Below, one piece after another: positions 13,098 to 24,034 of a stretch of 64,000 nucleotides of DNA. Location of the stretch: positions 16,182,001 to 16,246,000 of the forward strand of contig CATNEN010000001.1 of the NCBI GenBank assembly GCA_950097015.1, in the 5' to 3' direction. The DNA comes from Macrostomum hystrix (lineage: Eukaryota; Animalia; Platyhelminthes). The first letter of the stretch is position 1. Each line of letters begins with the position of its first letter. The translations under genes were made by a program, and so were the position numbers. The notes below the pieces were generated by a model. It was given only the letters and a program-made list of their open reading frames with translations. It searched no databases and was not told the origin of the DNA.

Positions 13098-15421
13098 TGA
13101 TATAGCTGCGGGTTTGCAATCCGATGATCTGTCCTCGTGAAGGAAAGGAGTGTGGGGATGGCGATAGAGTCAGAAGTTGTACCGCAAAGTCTCGCGAGTT
13201 GCCGCGGAAAGAGGGATGAAGGGAGAGATGAAGGGAGAGACAGTGGATGCAGGGAGTGGTCCTCTCGGCCTCAGGCTGGCCAGTCACACTCAACCCATAG
13301 GCCACAGGCATGACTGCCGTGCCTACCCCAAGCAGTGCTCGAAACCGGCTAAAAGTCTAAATAGATGTCGGACTACCCGCAAGCGGATAGGACAGGGCTA
13401 GGTAGCCTACTGCCATCAGTAGCATGTTCGTAACTGACTCCTAAACTCGGTAGCAGTGGTCGACTCGGCCTAGGCTCTTGTCTTAGAAATGCGGAAAGGC
13501 TATCGGCAAAGCGGAAAATGATCTAGGGTAGCGCCACCACCCAATGCGCCTACGTTGCCACCGCAGACATTTGGGGACTTGGGTCCCCGGAGCTCGCAGC
13601 TCCTAGTTTGTCACACAGATCTTAGACAAGCCGAAAAATAGAGCCTTCTGTAACTTCCGTTTTAGACTAGGGTGAAAACCCCAGAATGGATCGAGACACG
13701 CCTCACCAGGGGATTCCTGAATTTGCGCTACAGTGGTCTAGAAAGGTGGTACTCAGAACCTGAAAGAGAAACCCATAGCCAGAATCCTACTCATGGGACA
13801 TCAGACACATTCTGTACATTAGGCTGCAGCCTACACATTAGATAACTAGCAATCCGAGTCTGTGTGAGTTGAGGAAAACAGAGGCAGGAGAGGTTAAGCT
13901 GAACACTGGCTGAGTGATTATGCAAGCGTGAGATTAATTGAACATCACTCTCGTTCCCGTGGCCGCAGGTGCGAAAGGGGGACAGCGGGAAAACTCCATT
14001 GGAAAGGGAGCTCGACACGTACCTTGAACCCACCCAAGAGGGAGAAGGAAAACCGGCCAAGGATTCCCCCAACCCCCTGGAAAGGAAAATGCACATGCTA
14101 CCCTCCGCATTTACTTACAAATCCCTAGCTCCATATAACTCTCATGCGCGCTCACAGTTGTCTTCCTGCCGCAGCTTTCAGCTCGGCATCACCAGAGCCC
14201 ACCCCCTAATGAGTTAGCCACTCATGGTAGAGGGCTGTCTAATGAGAAAATAAAGAGGAAATAACAGCATGGCGGAAAAGATTTAAATTGTTATTAAGTT
14301 TGGCCTAATGTTTTAATAATTGGCGAATGAATAGTCCGTATATTAAGCCTCGAATCCTAAGCCCGTGCCCACTAATAGCCGCCTAATTAACAGAAAGCCC
14401 CTTAGGAGCAATAATTGCAAAAACCACTGCGCGGGTTACTTAGCTGAAGTCGCTTCGGCTGCGTGCTGCAATCCCGTTGTTCTCGGGGAAGAGGATGGGG
14501 TAAGACAGCAAAGGCCGGGAAGGGAAAGGTGCGGCGAGTCGGCAGGGGCCAACACGCTTGGAGCTCAAGGCTCAATTTCAACGGCTCACCTAAAGAGGTG
14601 GCTCGCGCTCAGGGGGAATGGGGACAGGCAATGGGCCTGCGCTAACTGTGGAGCTATGAACTCTAGGGTCTATGCCCTAAGTGGGTCCGGAAAGGTGCTC
14701 TGGGTCCGGTGGGAGTCCGGCCCGGCAAAAGTAAGTCCGGCAGGGGAGAAGGGGAAGAGCCGGTGGGAGAAAAAGGTTGTAGAGGGAGCAGCGCCGCGCG
14801 CTTGCTTAAATAGGCCTTGCAGCACGCCAACCCCGACATCCATCAAAGCAACCCACATTCGCGCCCGCCTGTCAACGGGGAATCGAAGCGACGACAGGCC
14901 GCCCCAATTGCCCAATGAACCGGCGGCGGGAAACGACAGGTGCTCATCGAGAGCAGCCATCGGCAGACGGCCAACAATTGTTACTCCGCCGGGACAAAGG
15001 AAGCGCAGGCGCCGACCTGCCTACAGTGACATTTACAAGTATCTACAAGGGAGGAGGTCATAAAGTCGAGCTGGGCTCGAATACTGTAAAGAAGAGGGGA
15101 CATGAAGAATTTAATGATCACTCATAACGCGCGAGTGAGCCCCTATATCTGATCGCGGTTTGGAGGGGAATTATGACCTAAACTAGTTCATACAGTAACA
15201 TTATGGCCGCGATCAGTCATTCCTACGGGGAGTCTAGGCAACTCCGGAGAGAGAGGATTCGACAGCTACTTGATTCACCGCCGCCTCAAACCCGGCCCTA
15301 AGATTAATGATCTTGTTTTGTGGCCAGCTGCTATGTGGGTCGCAATTATTAGTTACTTAAAAATTTGAAAAATTATGCTGGCTCACATTCCCGCTCGATT
15401 CCCGCAGCACACTCCACATCA
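13098..15421 (-). repeat. 3' LTR (2324 bp)
   Basis: Near-identical to 21707-24034 (a few substitutions, one 3-bp and one 1-bp indel). Confidence 0.95.
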
Positions 15422-15440
15422 CTCCACCTTCGCTCACTTT
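15422..15440 (-). other. Polypurine tract
   Basis: Minus strand aaagtgagcgaaggtggag abuts the 3' LTR. Confidence 0.75.
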
Positions 15441-16169
15441 CACGTAAGACACTTACGTGCCTACTGACAGTAGTAGCGGGGTGTCTCGAGAATCGAGGGG
15501 ATAAATAAAAATTACCTACAACATACTGTAGAGAACCCTAGGAAGAATTCCGCTAGAGAAGAAATCCTAATGCGTACGTACGTACGGCTATAAATAGATT
15601 GGTGCGAGAGTATAAACGGTCGGCGCCCCTAGCGACTAAGGGATAGAGTCTTGAGGGGAGGTGGGTGCGCATTCCGGTCGCGGCGATGTTGTTCTCGTTG
15701 CCCAGGGGGTGCCTCGTCCCGGCTCGCCTTCTTCTCCAGGTGGCTGCAGCTCGTCCCAGTTCTCCCTGCCCGGCTTGGTCTCGGTTGCGCAATCCTGGGA
15801 GGCCCCGGCCGTCTTCTCCTTGAGTCCGAGGGGTCCGGCCGTGCTCTGCCCAGGTGGGTCCAGGTTGTTCAGCCCGTTTGCGCCCTTGCCGATCCTGCTG
15901 CCGGGCCTTGGTAGCCTCTGATTCGCCGCGCGCCCGGGTGTTTACAGCTGGCCGTGCCCGAAAATGTTCGCCGGGCTGGTTGCCGAGCCGTTGCGCGCGG
16001 TCCAATTGGCGCTGCAGCTGGTCGCAGCCGGAGAAACCCGCTGCTCAGGCCGCTCAGTTACTCTGTTGCCGGCCGCGGTATCTCCTCACCGAAAAGATCA
16101 AGGCCCCACTAACTAAACTACAACTATGGCCCCCTTACTCATGGAATTTCCCACAATCCTTCCCGAGCC

Positions 16170-16225
16170 TTCCTATTGGCTGGCGCCCCGGCCACCAAAA
16201 CCCCTAAACAAACTATTATAAAGAA
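16170..16225 (+). promoter_or_regulatory. Putative promoter of the antisense gene
   Basis: attgg (reverse CCAAT) near 16176 and tattataaag near 16214, about 80 bp upstream of ATG 16295. Confidence 0.5.
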
Positions 16226-16294
16226 CCACTTGATGCTCCATTAACTTCAGGCCTGTTATTTTTTGTAAAATCTCTGTTCATTTACTAATCGAAA

Positions 16295-17005
16295 ATGCGC
16301 CCAACTAACGCTGGCATTGTGCCTCTTTACGAAGCTGCTGACATGGCCCTGCCGCCGCCACCTGGAGAAGAGAGGTGAGTTACATTGCTTCCACTCGGCC
16401 TCCCAAGGCCGGTTATTGAGGGGCGATAATGAAATGGTTGGATAATAATTAGACTAGCTAGGATAATTATAGCAGTTCCCGGCACCCCCAACCCGATTCT
16501 TATCTATGACTGATCTTAACCCGAACCCAGATCCCTCAGCCCGCTAAGTTGAGAAATCCCAGTGAAACCCTAAATTAGCATTAGATCGAGTTTAATTTGT
16601 ATAAAAATTTCGTGAATTTGCTATCACCGTGATTGATTACCACCGTCCTGCCCTCCTACTTCCAGAGATGTCGTACCGCAGCCACCTACACGGCTTACCT
16701 TCGTCATTAGTAAGTCACCATGAATTGATATTTAACGCTTCATTCTATATTAGCCACCATTTGATCTGATTTCCGGGTCAAGCATCACCGAAATTCCACG
16801 CTAACCCTCAGCCGTAGTTGCTTAACTACTTCCTTCTTAATAAAAAAAATCCATCCCATCTCCCGCAGACTTTGACGTGGCGCCCAGCCGTCTCGCGGCT
16901 GGTGAGCTAAGCGAGGTCCTGGTGGGCCCCATGGGCTGGGCCGCGGCGGCCGGCCTGTTAATGGCCGCAGGAATGATCATAATGGCTCGCCTTCGCCGGC
17001 GCTAA
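16295..17005 (+). CDS. Predicted 3-exon 86-aa protein with C-terminal hydrophobic helix and polybasic tail; join(16295-16374,16666-16709,16869-17005)
   Basis: Donors GTGAGT and GTAAGT, pyrimidine-rich acceptors ttccag and ccgcag, phases 2 and 1 join in frame: MRPTNAGIVPLYEAADMALPPPPGEERDVVPQPPTRLTFVINFDVAPSRLAAGELSEVLVGPMGWAAAAGLLMAAGMIIMARLRRR. Confidence 0.75.
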
Positions 17006-18132
17006 CGAAAGGCACAGAGAAAAGAAGGTGCCACCGGTGGTTGGTACAATTTTTATAAAGACGACTGCCAGAGCCCCCTCCCCTCTGTTAATAACCCAAT
17101 TCTACCTGACACGCATTTCCCCACATTTATTCAGTGCCTAATCGTTAATTTTTTTCTTACCTTTCATTAAAATTTGCCTACTTATCATTGCTCACCACAA
17201 CCACCTCCTTTGCTTATTATAGAAATTGTACATAAATATATGCATTTATTCAGTGTGGAAATTGGTGTGTGCCGTTTACATGATTTCTCTGGCTGGGTTT
17301 CCTTGATTGAAAAGAACGGTGTTATTCATACTTAGAAAGCCCCAAAGGACAACGCGTCATTCCCAGTTTACATCTAAAGCGAGCTCCCTCAATAATAATA
17401 AGGTGGACATGGAACTAATTTGAAAATTTACAACAGAGAGGCTTGCTTAGGTGCCCGCAGTCTAGCTGGCTCATCCGCGTAAACAACCCTGTCCTTTTCG
17501 CTGTGCCCTCACATTCACTTCTCACCTCCCTTAGAAAAGGAGCCACCATTGAAATAGCTCGTTTCCTCCCGAACCAATAAGAAAGCTTCTCTCAACCTGA
17601 GCTAAAAGCCTGTCAGTTCCTTGTTCAGCCACCCACCTCATTCCAAACTTAGAGTGCCCATCATACCACCCCGCTCACTTTGGCGGGTTGGTATCCCTCC
17701 TAATATAGAAATTCGTCCCCAGATGAACCAACTCCACGGCCCACCCGAAACAAAGCGATATAGAGGGTGCCATTTACAATGTGGTGCGAGTAATATTAAA
17801 TGTCTAAGAAAAGAAGGGTGCACGCCCTAGTCTGCTGCAGTTAGAAATTATCTCAAGCGAAAAGTTTACTAGGGGAATTTCACCCCACTATGCATGTTTT
17901 TGGGTTTTTGACTAAAAATTATAAGAGTTTTTAGAATAAGATTTTTGTGCCAAGACGGCTTTAAAAGAGAGAAAGGAAAAGCATGCACAGTAGGAAGAAA
18001 AGCAAGAGGTGTGCGGTGCGAGCTGTTAATAAAGGGAAAAGGATGGAGAGAACAAGGGAAGGATTTGGTGGGTAGGGCTTTCCATAGATGCTTTTTCGCG
18101 CATTATCGTGCCCTTACTCGGATCCTGGGCCC

Positions 18133-18717
18133 CTATTCCTCGCCTCCATTCTTGATGGGAGTACTCCCTACCAGGCTCTCGCCATCATCTTCCCCTTCCA
18201 TCTGCCTTACCATTTGGCCGAGCGTGCTGTCGCCTGGTGGCAGCTCCTCGATGGTCGATGCTTCTACTGCCCAGCTTCTCCATGGCGTAGAGGCTAGTCC
18301 GGAAGATTGCCTCCAGACGGCTTCGCCAATCCGCGATGTTACCAGCTGGTGCTCGAGATCCCACCTGCCAGGGATCCGGGTAGCCTGTAGCCAGGACATA
18401 AGGGCTTCGGGCACTGCCATGCCCCAGTCTTCTGGCGGGCTGTATTCGGGCCACCGGAGATTCCAAGGCAGGGCCTCCTCGTCCTCACCTCTTGGCGGGC
18501 TCGGGTCTCGCTCTTCGACCCATGCCTGCGCCAACCACCGGGCTTCGGCTAGCCTGCATGCCAGGGCGAGATCTACTCCGGCCTGTGCCGCACGGCCCAA
18601 CGCAGGGAGTAGCCACAGGCGGACCATAATCCATGTCCTCCTGCCGGCCAGCTCTCGCCGATAGTCGGTGGCGACCGTCTCCAGCCACCAGGCCACAGTG
18701 ATGCTCAGGCCAGCCAT
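18133..18717 (-). CDS. Orphan 194-aa Trp-rich ORF3 of the gag-pro element
   Basis: ATG ORF downstream of protease, preceded by a long polypyrimidine tract and AG acceptor at 18790-18791. Confidence 0.65.
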   Translation of the reverse strand: MAGLSITVAWWLETVATDYRRELAGRRTWIMVRLWLLPALGRAAQAGVDLALACRLAEARWLAQAWVEERDPSPPRGEDEEALPWNLRWPEYSPPEDWGMAVPEALMSWLQATRIPGRWDLEHQLVTSRIGEAVWRQSSGLASTPWRSWAVEASTIEELPPGDSTLGQMVRQMEGEDDGESLVGSTPIKNGGEE

Positions 18718-18846
18718 GTCGACAATTTTTGTTAAAATGAACTGACTGCGTCCCTTCTAAACTTCCCGGCTCCTCCACTAACCTCCAGTCTAAATATCCA
18801 CAAGGGGGAGAGGGGGGGAAGAAAAGGGGAGGGGGGTTCCTCAGCC

Positions 18847-19392
18847 CTAAAAGGCAGGCTTCCGCCTGAGCGAGAAGGGAATAGACTGGTTGTAAATGAT
18901 TAATTGGCGCGAGTCAAAATCAAGGATGGCATGGTGATGAGCCAACCAGGAGGCGCCTAGAAGGGGAGAGCAGTCGCCCTCGACCACTAAGAATAGCGTG
19001 TCCAACGCTTCGGCGCCAACCTGCAATTTGACTTTGACTTGCGCCTGTGCAATTATAGGGGTGCCATTATATGCGAATAAAGAGAATTGAGGGGGTTCGA
19101 AATGATAATGGGAGATGATGGATGACATCGAGCCCGGGAGCACATTCACCATTGACCCAGTGTCGATCAGGAGGTCAAGGGGTGCTCCGTCCAACTCCAA
19201 GGCGACCCACACCTCACTGAGCTTCTCAGAGCGGTTGGGGCGGGTACGCACTCGGGTGGGGACTCGGCCGAGTGAATTCACTCGGACTTCGATGAGGGAG
19301 GCATCAACGGGGGGGCCTCGATCGCCCGAGCTGCGTGAGGCGCCTCCGGATAATCGGGCTGCCTCCAGTCGGCGGCCCCACTCCCGTTTCCC
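18847..19392 (-). CDS. pro: Retropepsin aspartic protease, read by -1 frameshift from gag
   Basis: LLIDTGS active site and LLGASWL motif; slippery G GGA AAC at 19386-19392 in the correct phase; stop follows the protease domain directly. Confidence 0.9.
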   Translation of the reverse strand, partial: GKREWGRRLEAARLSGGASRSSGDRGPPVDASLIEVRVNSLGRVPTRVRTRPNRSEKLSEVWVALELDGAPLDLLIDTGSMVNVLPGSMSSIISHYHFEPPQFSLFAYNGTPIIAQAQVKVKLQVGAEALDTLFLVVEGDCSPLLGASWLAHHHAILDFDSRQLIIYNQSIPFSLRRKPAF

Positions 19393-20351
19393 GCGGCATA
19401 GTTCCCACGGTACTTCTTCCGCGGCCCCATTGCTACCCTGGGGTACCACTGGTGCCCGGACAGGTGCGGATGAGGCGGGCGGGCCGGGGTTGGTTGTGAT
19501 TCGCGCAGCTGCCGCGTGACTTCCGCGAGCTGCTGGGAAACTTTGGCCAATTCCTGGGCCAAGTGCTGCTGCTCACGGCGGACGGCTTGAATCTCACCGG
19601 GGGGTTCTTGCTCCTCGGCTAGCCCGGCCCTGACCTGGCGCACTCGGCGACGGGGGTCGCGCTCAGCGGCCATCTCAAATGCCTGGGTGGCGGCGCGCAG
19701 CTCAGCGGCAGCCGCCTCTACCGTGGCGAATTCTATCCGCATCATGGGCGCCAACACCTCCGGAGGGGCCGTGATGCCTTCTAGGAAGGAGGCCAGGAGG
19801 GCTTGTTCAAAGGGTGGGCCGCGGCCATTGGGGTTGACCTGGGTGGCCACAGATCGCAGGCGGTCAGCGAACGAGGCGTATGACTCGCCTCTGTCCTGCT
19901 TAAGATTGCGCCCGCAAAGTAGCCGGGCATAGGGTGTGCAGGCGCCGCTGAGGGCCTCGGTCAGGTCTTGCACAAACCGCGGGTAGGTCACTCGGCGCGG
20001 TAGGCTCATGGCCTGGGTCAAGGGTTCGCCCCCTAAGTGAGCCAGGAGGGTGAGGATTTTCTCCTCCTCCGTCTCAAGACCCTCGGCCTCGACTTTCAAA
20101 TTAAACCGGCGCAGCCAGCCGGGAAATGAGTCCTTCGCCGACTCGAACGGCTCTAAAGCAATTTTTACTCGGTGGGTCCTAGCCCGTCGCGGCTCTAAGC
20201 GCTCCATCAGGGAGGCTAGGCGCTCCACTGGGTCTGCCGGCTGGACTGCCGCAGTTGCTGGGGGTTCGGCTCGCGCTGCTGCTGCAGCGCGGCCTCTCGG
20301 TGGGCGGGCACTGCCAACGGCCTCCACCACCTCATCCTCCTGGTCAGACAT
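19278..20351 (-). CDS. gag: Ty3/gypsy-type Gag (357 aa from MSDQEDE), no CCHC knuckle
   Basis: Capsid-like motifs PFESAKDSFPGWLRRF and LKQDRGESYASFADRL, followed by a coiled-coil-like stretch. Confidence 0.85.
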   Translation of the reverse strand: MSDQEDEVVEAVGSARPPRGRAAAAARAEPPATAAVQPADPVERLASLMERLEPRRARTHRVKIALEPFESAKDSFPGWLRRFNLKVEAEGLETEEEKILTLLAHLGGEPLTQAMSLPRRVTYPRFVQDLTEALSGACTPYARLLCGRNLKQDRGESYASFADRLRSVATQVNPNGRGPPFEQALLASFLEGITAPPEVLAPMMRIEFATVEAAAAELRAATQAFEMAAERDPRRRVRQVRAGLAEEQEPPGEIQAVRREQQHLAQELAKVSQQLAEVTRQLRESQPTPARPPHPHLSGHQWYPRVAMGPRKKYRGNYAAGNGSGAADWRQPDYPEAPHAARAIEAPPLMPPSSKSE

Positions 20352-20794
20352 GTTGACTACAGAGGAAATGAGGATTTTGCGAATTAAGAGGGGGGGTTTT
20401 GTCGCTAAAGCAACACTGGGGATGAGAAAAAGTGAGCTAAACGGGGTGCTGCACACGGCAGTGGCCGCGGAGAATGAGCAATTGAAAAACCGGCCCTCGC
20501 GAACAGAGACTGCGATGCAGCGGCCGAGAAAGCGATAAAGGAAAAACTGGTAGGAGAGAAAAAAAGGCCCGGGGCCCTGGCTAGCTCTACTTCCAGCCTT
20601 GGCTTCCGACAACTGCTTGCGCGCACTCGAACTTGGGACATAGGAGTCTAGGTTTTAACTTAGCACTCATTCAGCAACCCTATAGCGGACTGTTACACTA
20701 TAGGTACGGCGGGGCCAGTACTACTGCTGGCAGCGCCTGCAGCAGCCTATCGCCCTACCTTGGAAAGTACACGACTTCAATAAGTTACTCAAAG

Positions 20795-21331
20795 AAGGCT
20801 AATCCCCGATTCGCTCAGAGGGCCCTTCCCGGGGGGGTGGCCGGGGGCTTCGCCTCTGCGATTTACAAGGCTGGGAAGTCCAGGTATTTTACACCTGGAG
20901 CCTCGCTTCGGCTTAGGAGTCCGTAGGGCAAAAGCCCGGTTACTGCGTTTAGACTACCCTTCAGAGAGCTTCTTAGAAAAGGACGTGCCGACCGATTTCT
21001 AGCCTATCCCCAAGGTCGGCAGTTTCAGGGCGCGGGCACGGGTGTCGTTAGACTCCCTCAGGGTCCCGACCCTTAACTATTCCGCCCCTAAGTTAGACTT
21101 AGTCAAAGTTACGTGGCACCTTCAGAATCAGGTACCTGAAAGCGGGCCTTGCGCGACGCCCAAGGAAAGGCTAATCCCCGATTCGCTCAGAGGGCCCTTC
21201 CCGGGGGGGGTGGCCGGGGGCTTCGCCTCTGCGATTTACAAGGCTGGGAAGTCCAGGTATTTTACACCTGGAGCCTCGCTTCAGCTTAGGAGTCCGTAGC
21301 TTAAGCCCGGTAACTGCGTTTAGACTACCCT
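20795..21331. repeat. ~165-bp direct repeat pair in the 5' leader (20795-20960 and 21167-21331)
   Basis: aaggctaatccccgattcg...tagactaccct occurs twice. Confidence 0.9.
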
Positions 21332-21685
21332 CGCCTAGAACAATCACGCAGGAAAAACCCCGCAGACAGTCCCCGACTCCTGCAGTAGCCACATAACCCG
21401 AAGACACTCTAGCATGAAGTCTACTCACACAGCCTACTCATAGTAGAAAGTCACTAATCAGAATTTTTAGAAACTCTAACAAAACCTTACATTAAAGTCC
21501 GAATCAAATTGAAACTGTTCAAAGAAAATTAATTGACAGTTACTCGGAACTGAAGTCCAGTCTCCCGAGATAAGATTCCGGCATACGGATAATGAAATCT
21601 AGAAGGAGCCCTTACGGCTAGCTACTACAGAAATCTGCAGCGCTACTAACAATTGAAATTCAAGTTCGTTTCGCGCCCTTTCTAG

Positions 21686-21705
21686 ATCCCACCTCGATGC
21701 CACCA
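21686..21705 (-). other. Primer binding site, tRNA-Leu-like
   Basis: TGGTGGCATCGAGGTGGGAT, 1 nt after the 5' LTR. Confidence 0.75.
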
Positions 21706-21706
21706 T

Positions 21707-24034
21707 TGATATAGCTGCGGGTTTGCAATCCGATGATCTGTCCTCGTGAAGGAAAGGAGTGTGGGGATGGCGATAGAGTCAGAAGTCGTACCGCAAAGTC
21801 TCGCGAGTTGCCGCGGAAAGAGGGATGAAGGGAGAGATGAAGGGAGAGACAGTGGATGCAGGGAGTGGTCCTCTCGGCCTCAGGCTGGCCAGTCCCACTC
21901 AAACCATAGGCCACAGGCATGACTGCCGTGCCTACCCCAAGCAGTGCTCGAAACCGGCTAAAAGTCTAAATAGATGTCGGACTACCCGCAAGCGGATAGG
22001 ACAGGGCTAGGTAGCCTACTGCCATCAGTAGCATGTTCGTAACTGACTCCTAAACTCGGTAGCAGTGGTCGACTCGGCCTAGGCTCTTGTCTTAGAAATG
22101 CGGAAAGGCTATCGGCAAAGCGGAAAATGATCTAGGGTAGCGCCACCACCCAATGCGCCTACGTTGCCACCGCAGACATTTGGGGACTTGGGTCCCCGGA
22201 GCTCGCAGCTCCTAGTTTGTCACACAGATCTTAGACAAGCCGAAAAATAGAGCCTTCTGTAACTTCCGTTTTAGACTAGGGTGAAAACCCCAGAATGGAT
22301 CGAGACACGCCTCACCAGGGGATTCCTGAATTTGCGCTACAGTGGTCTAGAAAGGTGGTACTCAGAACCTGAAAGAGAAACCCATAGCCAGAATCCTACT
22401 CATGGGACATCAGACACATTCTGTACATTAGGCTGCAGCCTACACATTAGATAACTAGCAATCCGAGTCTGTGTGAGTTGAGGAAAACAGAGGCAGGAGA
22501 GGTTAAGCTGAACACTGGCTGAGTGATTATGCAAGCGTGAGATTAATTGAACATCACTCTCGTTCCCGTGGCCGCAGGTGCGAAAGGGGGACAGCGGGAA
22601 AACTCCATTGGAAAGGGAGCTCGACACGTACCTTGAACCCACCCAAGAGGGAGAAGGAAAACCGGCCAAGGATTCCCCCAACCCCCTGGAAAGGAAAATG
22701 CACATGCTACCCTCCGCATTTACTTACAAATCCCTAGCTCCATATCCATACTCTCATGCGCGCTCACAGTTGTCTTCCTGCCGCAGCTTTCAGCTCGGCA
22801 TCACCAGAGCCCACCCCCTAATGAGTTAGCCACTCATGGTAGAGGGCTGTCTAATGAGAAAATAAAGAGGAAATAACAGCATGGCGGAAAAGATTTAAAT
22901 TGTTATTAAGTTTGGCCTAATGTTTTAATAATTGGCGAATGAATAGTCCGTATATTAAGCCTCGAATCCTAAGCCCGTGCCCACTAATAGCCGCCTAATT
23001 AACAGAAAGCCCCTTAGGAGCAATAATTGCAAAAACCACTGCGCGGGTTACTTAGCTGAAGTCGCTTCGGCTGCGTGCTGCAATCCCGTTGTTCTCGGGG
23101 AAGAGGATGGGGTAAGACAGCAAAGGCCGGGAAGGGAAAGGTGCGGCGAGTCGGCAGGGGCCAACACGCTTGGAGCTCAAGGCTCAATTTCAACGGCTCA
23201 CCTAAAGAGGTGGATCGCGCTCAGGGGGAATGGGGACAGGCAATGGGCCTGCGCTAACTGTGGAGCTATGAACTCTAGGGTCTATGCCCTAAGTGGGTCC
23301 GGAAAGGTGCTCTGGGTCCGGTGGGAGTCCGGCCCGGCAAAAGTAAGTCCGGCAGGGGAGAAGGGGAAGAGCCGGTGGGAGAAAAAGGTTGTAGAGGGAG
23401 CAGCGCCGCGCGCTTGCTTAAATAGGCCTTGCAGCACGCCAACCCCGACATCCATCAAAGCAACCCACATTCGCGCCCGCCTGTCAACGGGGAATCGAAG
23501 CGACGACAGGCCGCCCCAATTGCCCAATGAACCGGCGGCGGGAAACGACAGGTGCTCATCGAGAGCAGCCATCGGCAGACGGCCAACAATTGTTACTCCG
23601 CCGGGACAAAGGAAGCGCAGGCGCCGACCTGCCTACAGTGACATTTACAAGTATCTACAAGGGAGGAGGTCATAAAGTCGAGCTGGGCTCGAATACTGTA
23701 AAGAAGAGGGGACATGAAGAATTTAATGATCACTCATAACGCGCGAGTGAGCCCCTATATCTGATCGCGGTTTGGAGGGGAATTATGACCTAAACTAGTT
23801 CATACAGTAACATTATGGCCGCGATCAGTCATTCCTACGGGGAGTCTAGGCAACTCCGGAGAGAGAGGATTCGACAGCTACTTGATTCACCGCCGCCTCA
23901 AAACCCGGCCCTAAGATTAATGATCTTGTTTTGTGGCCAGCTGCTATGTGGGTCGCAATTATTAGTTACTTAAAAATTTGAAAAATTATGCTGGCTCACA
24001 TTCCCGCTCGATTCCCGCAGCACACTCCACATCA
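21707..24034 (-). repeat. 5' LTR (2328 bp)
   Basis: Near-identical to 13098-15421; minus-strand TATTTAAG at 23417-23424 is also kept in the divergent LTR near 63490. Confidence 0.95.

Larger units (their letters stand above)
13098..24034 (-). mobile_element. Non-autonomous Ty3/gypsy-derived LTR element (gag, protease and accessory ORFs; no RT/RNaseH/IN)
   Basis: TG...CA LTRs of 2324 and 2328 bp, 4-bp TSD CTCA (13094-13097 and 24035-24038), empty-site paralog near 53345, PBS and PPT on the minus strand. Confidence 0.93.

Noticed and set aside
14365-15063. 232-aa ORF in the LTR (also 22977-23675) and other LTR ORFs
   Set aside because: GTG start, antisense across the likely promoter, and the frame is broken in the divergent LTR at 63050-63745.
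15553-16207. 150-aa minus-strand and 117-aa plus-strand ORFs in a GC-rich island
   Set aside because: No ATG start or recognisable motif, and long frames are expected at this GC content. A spliced exon cannot be excluded.
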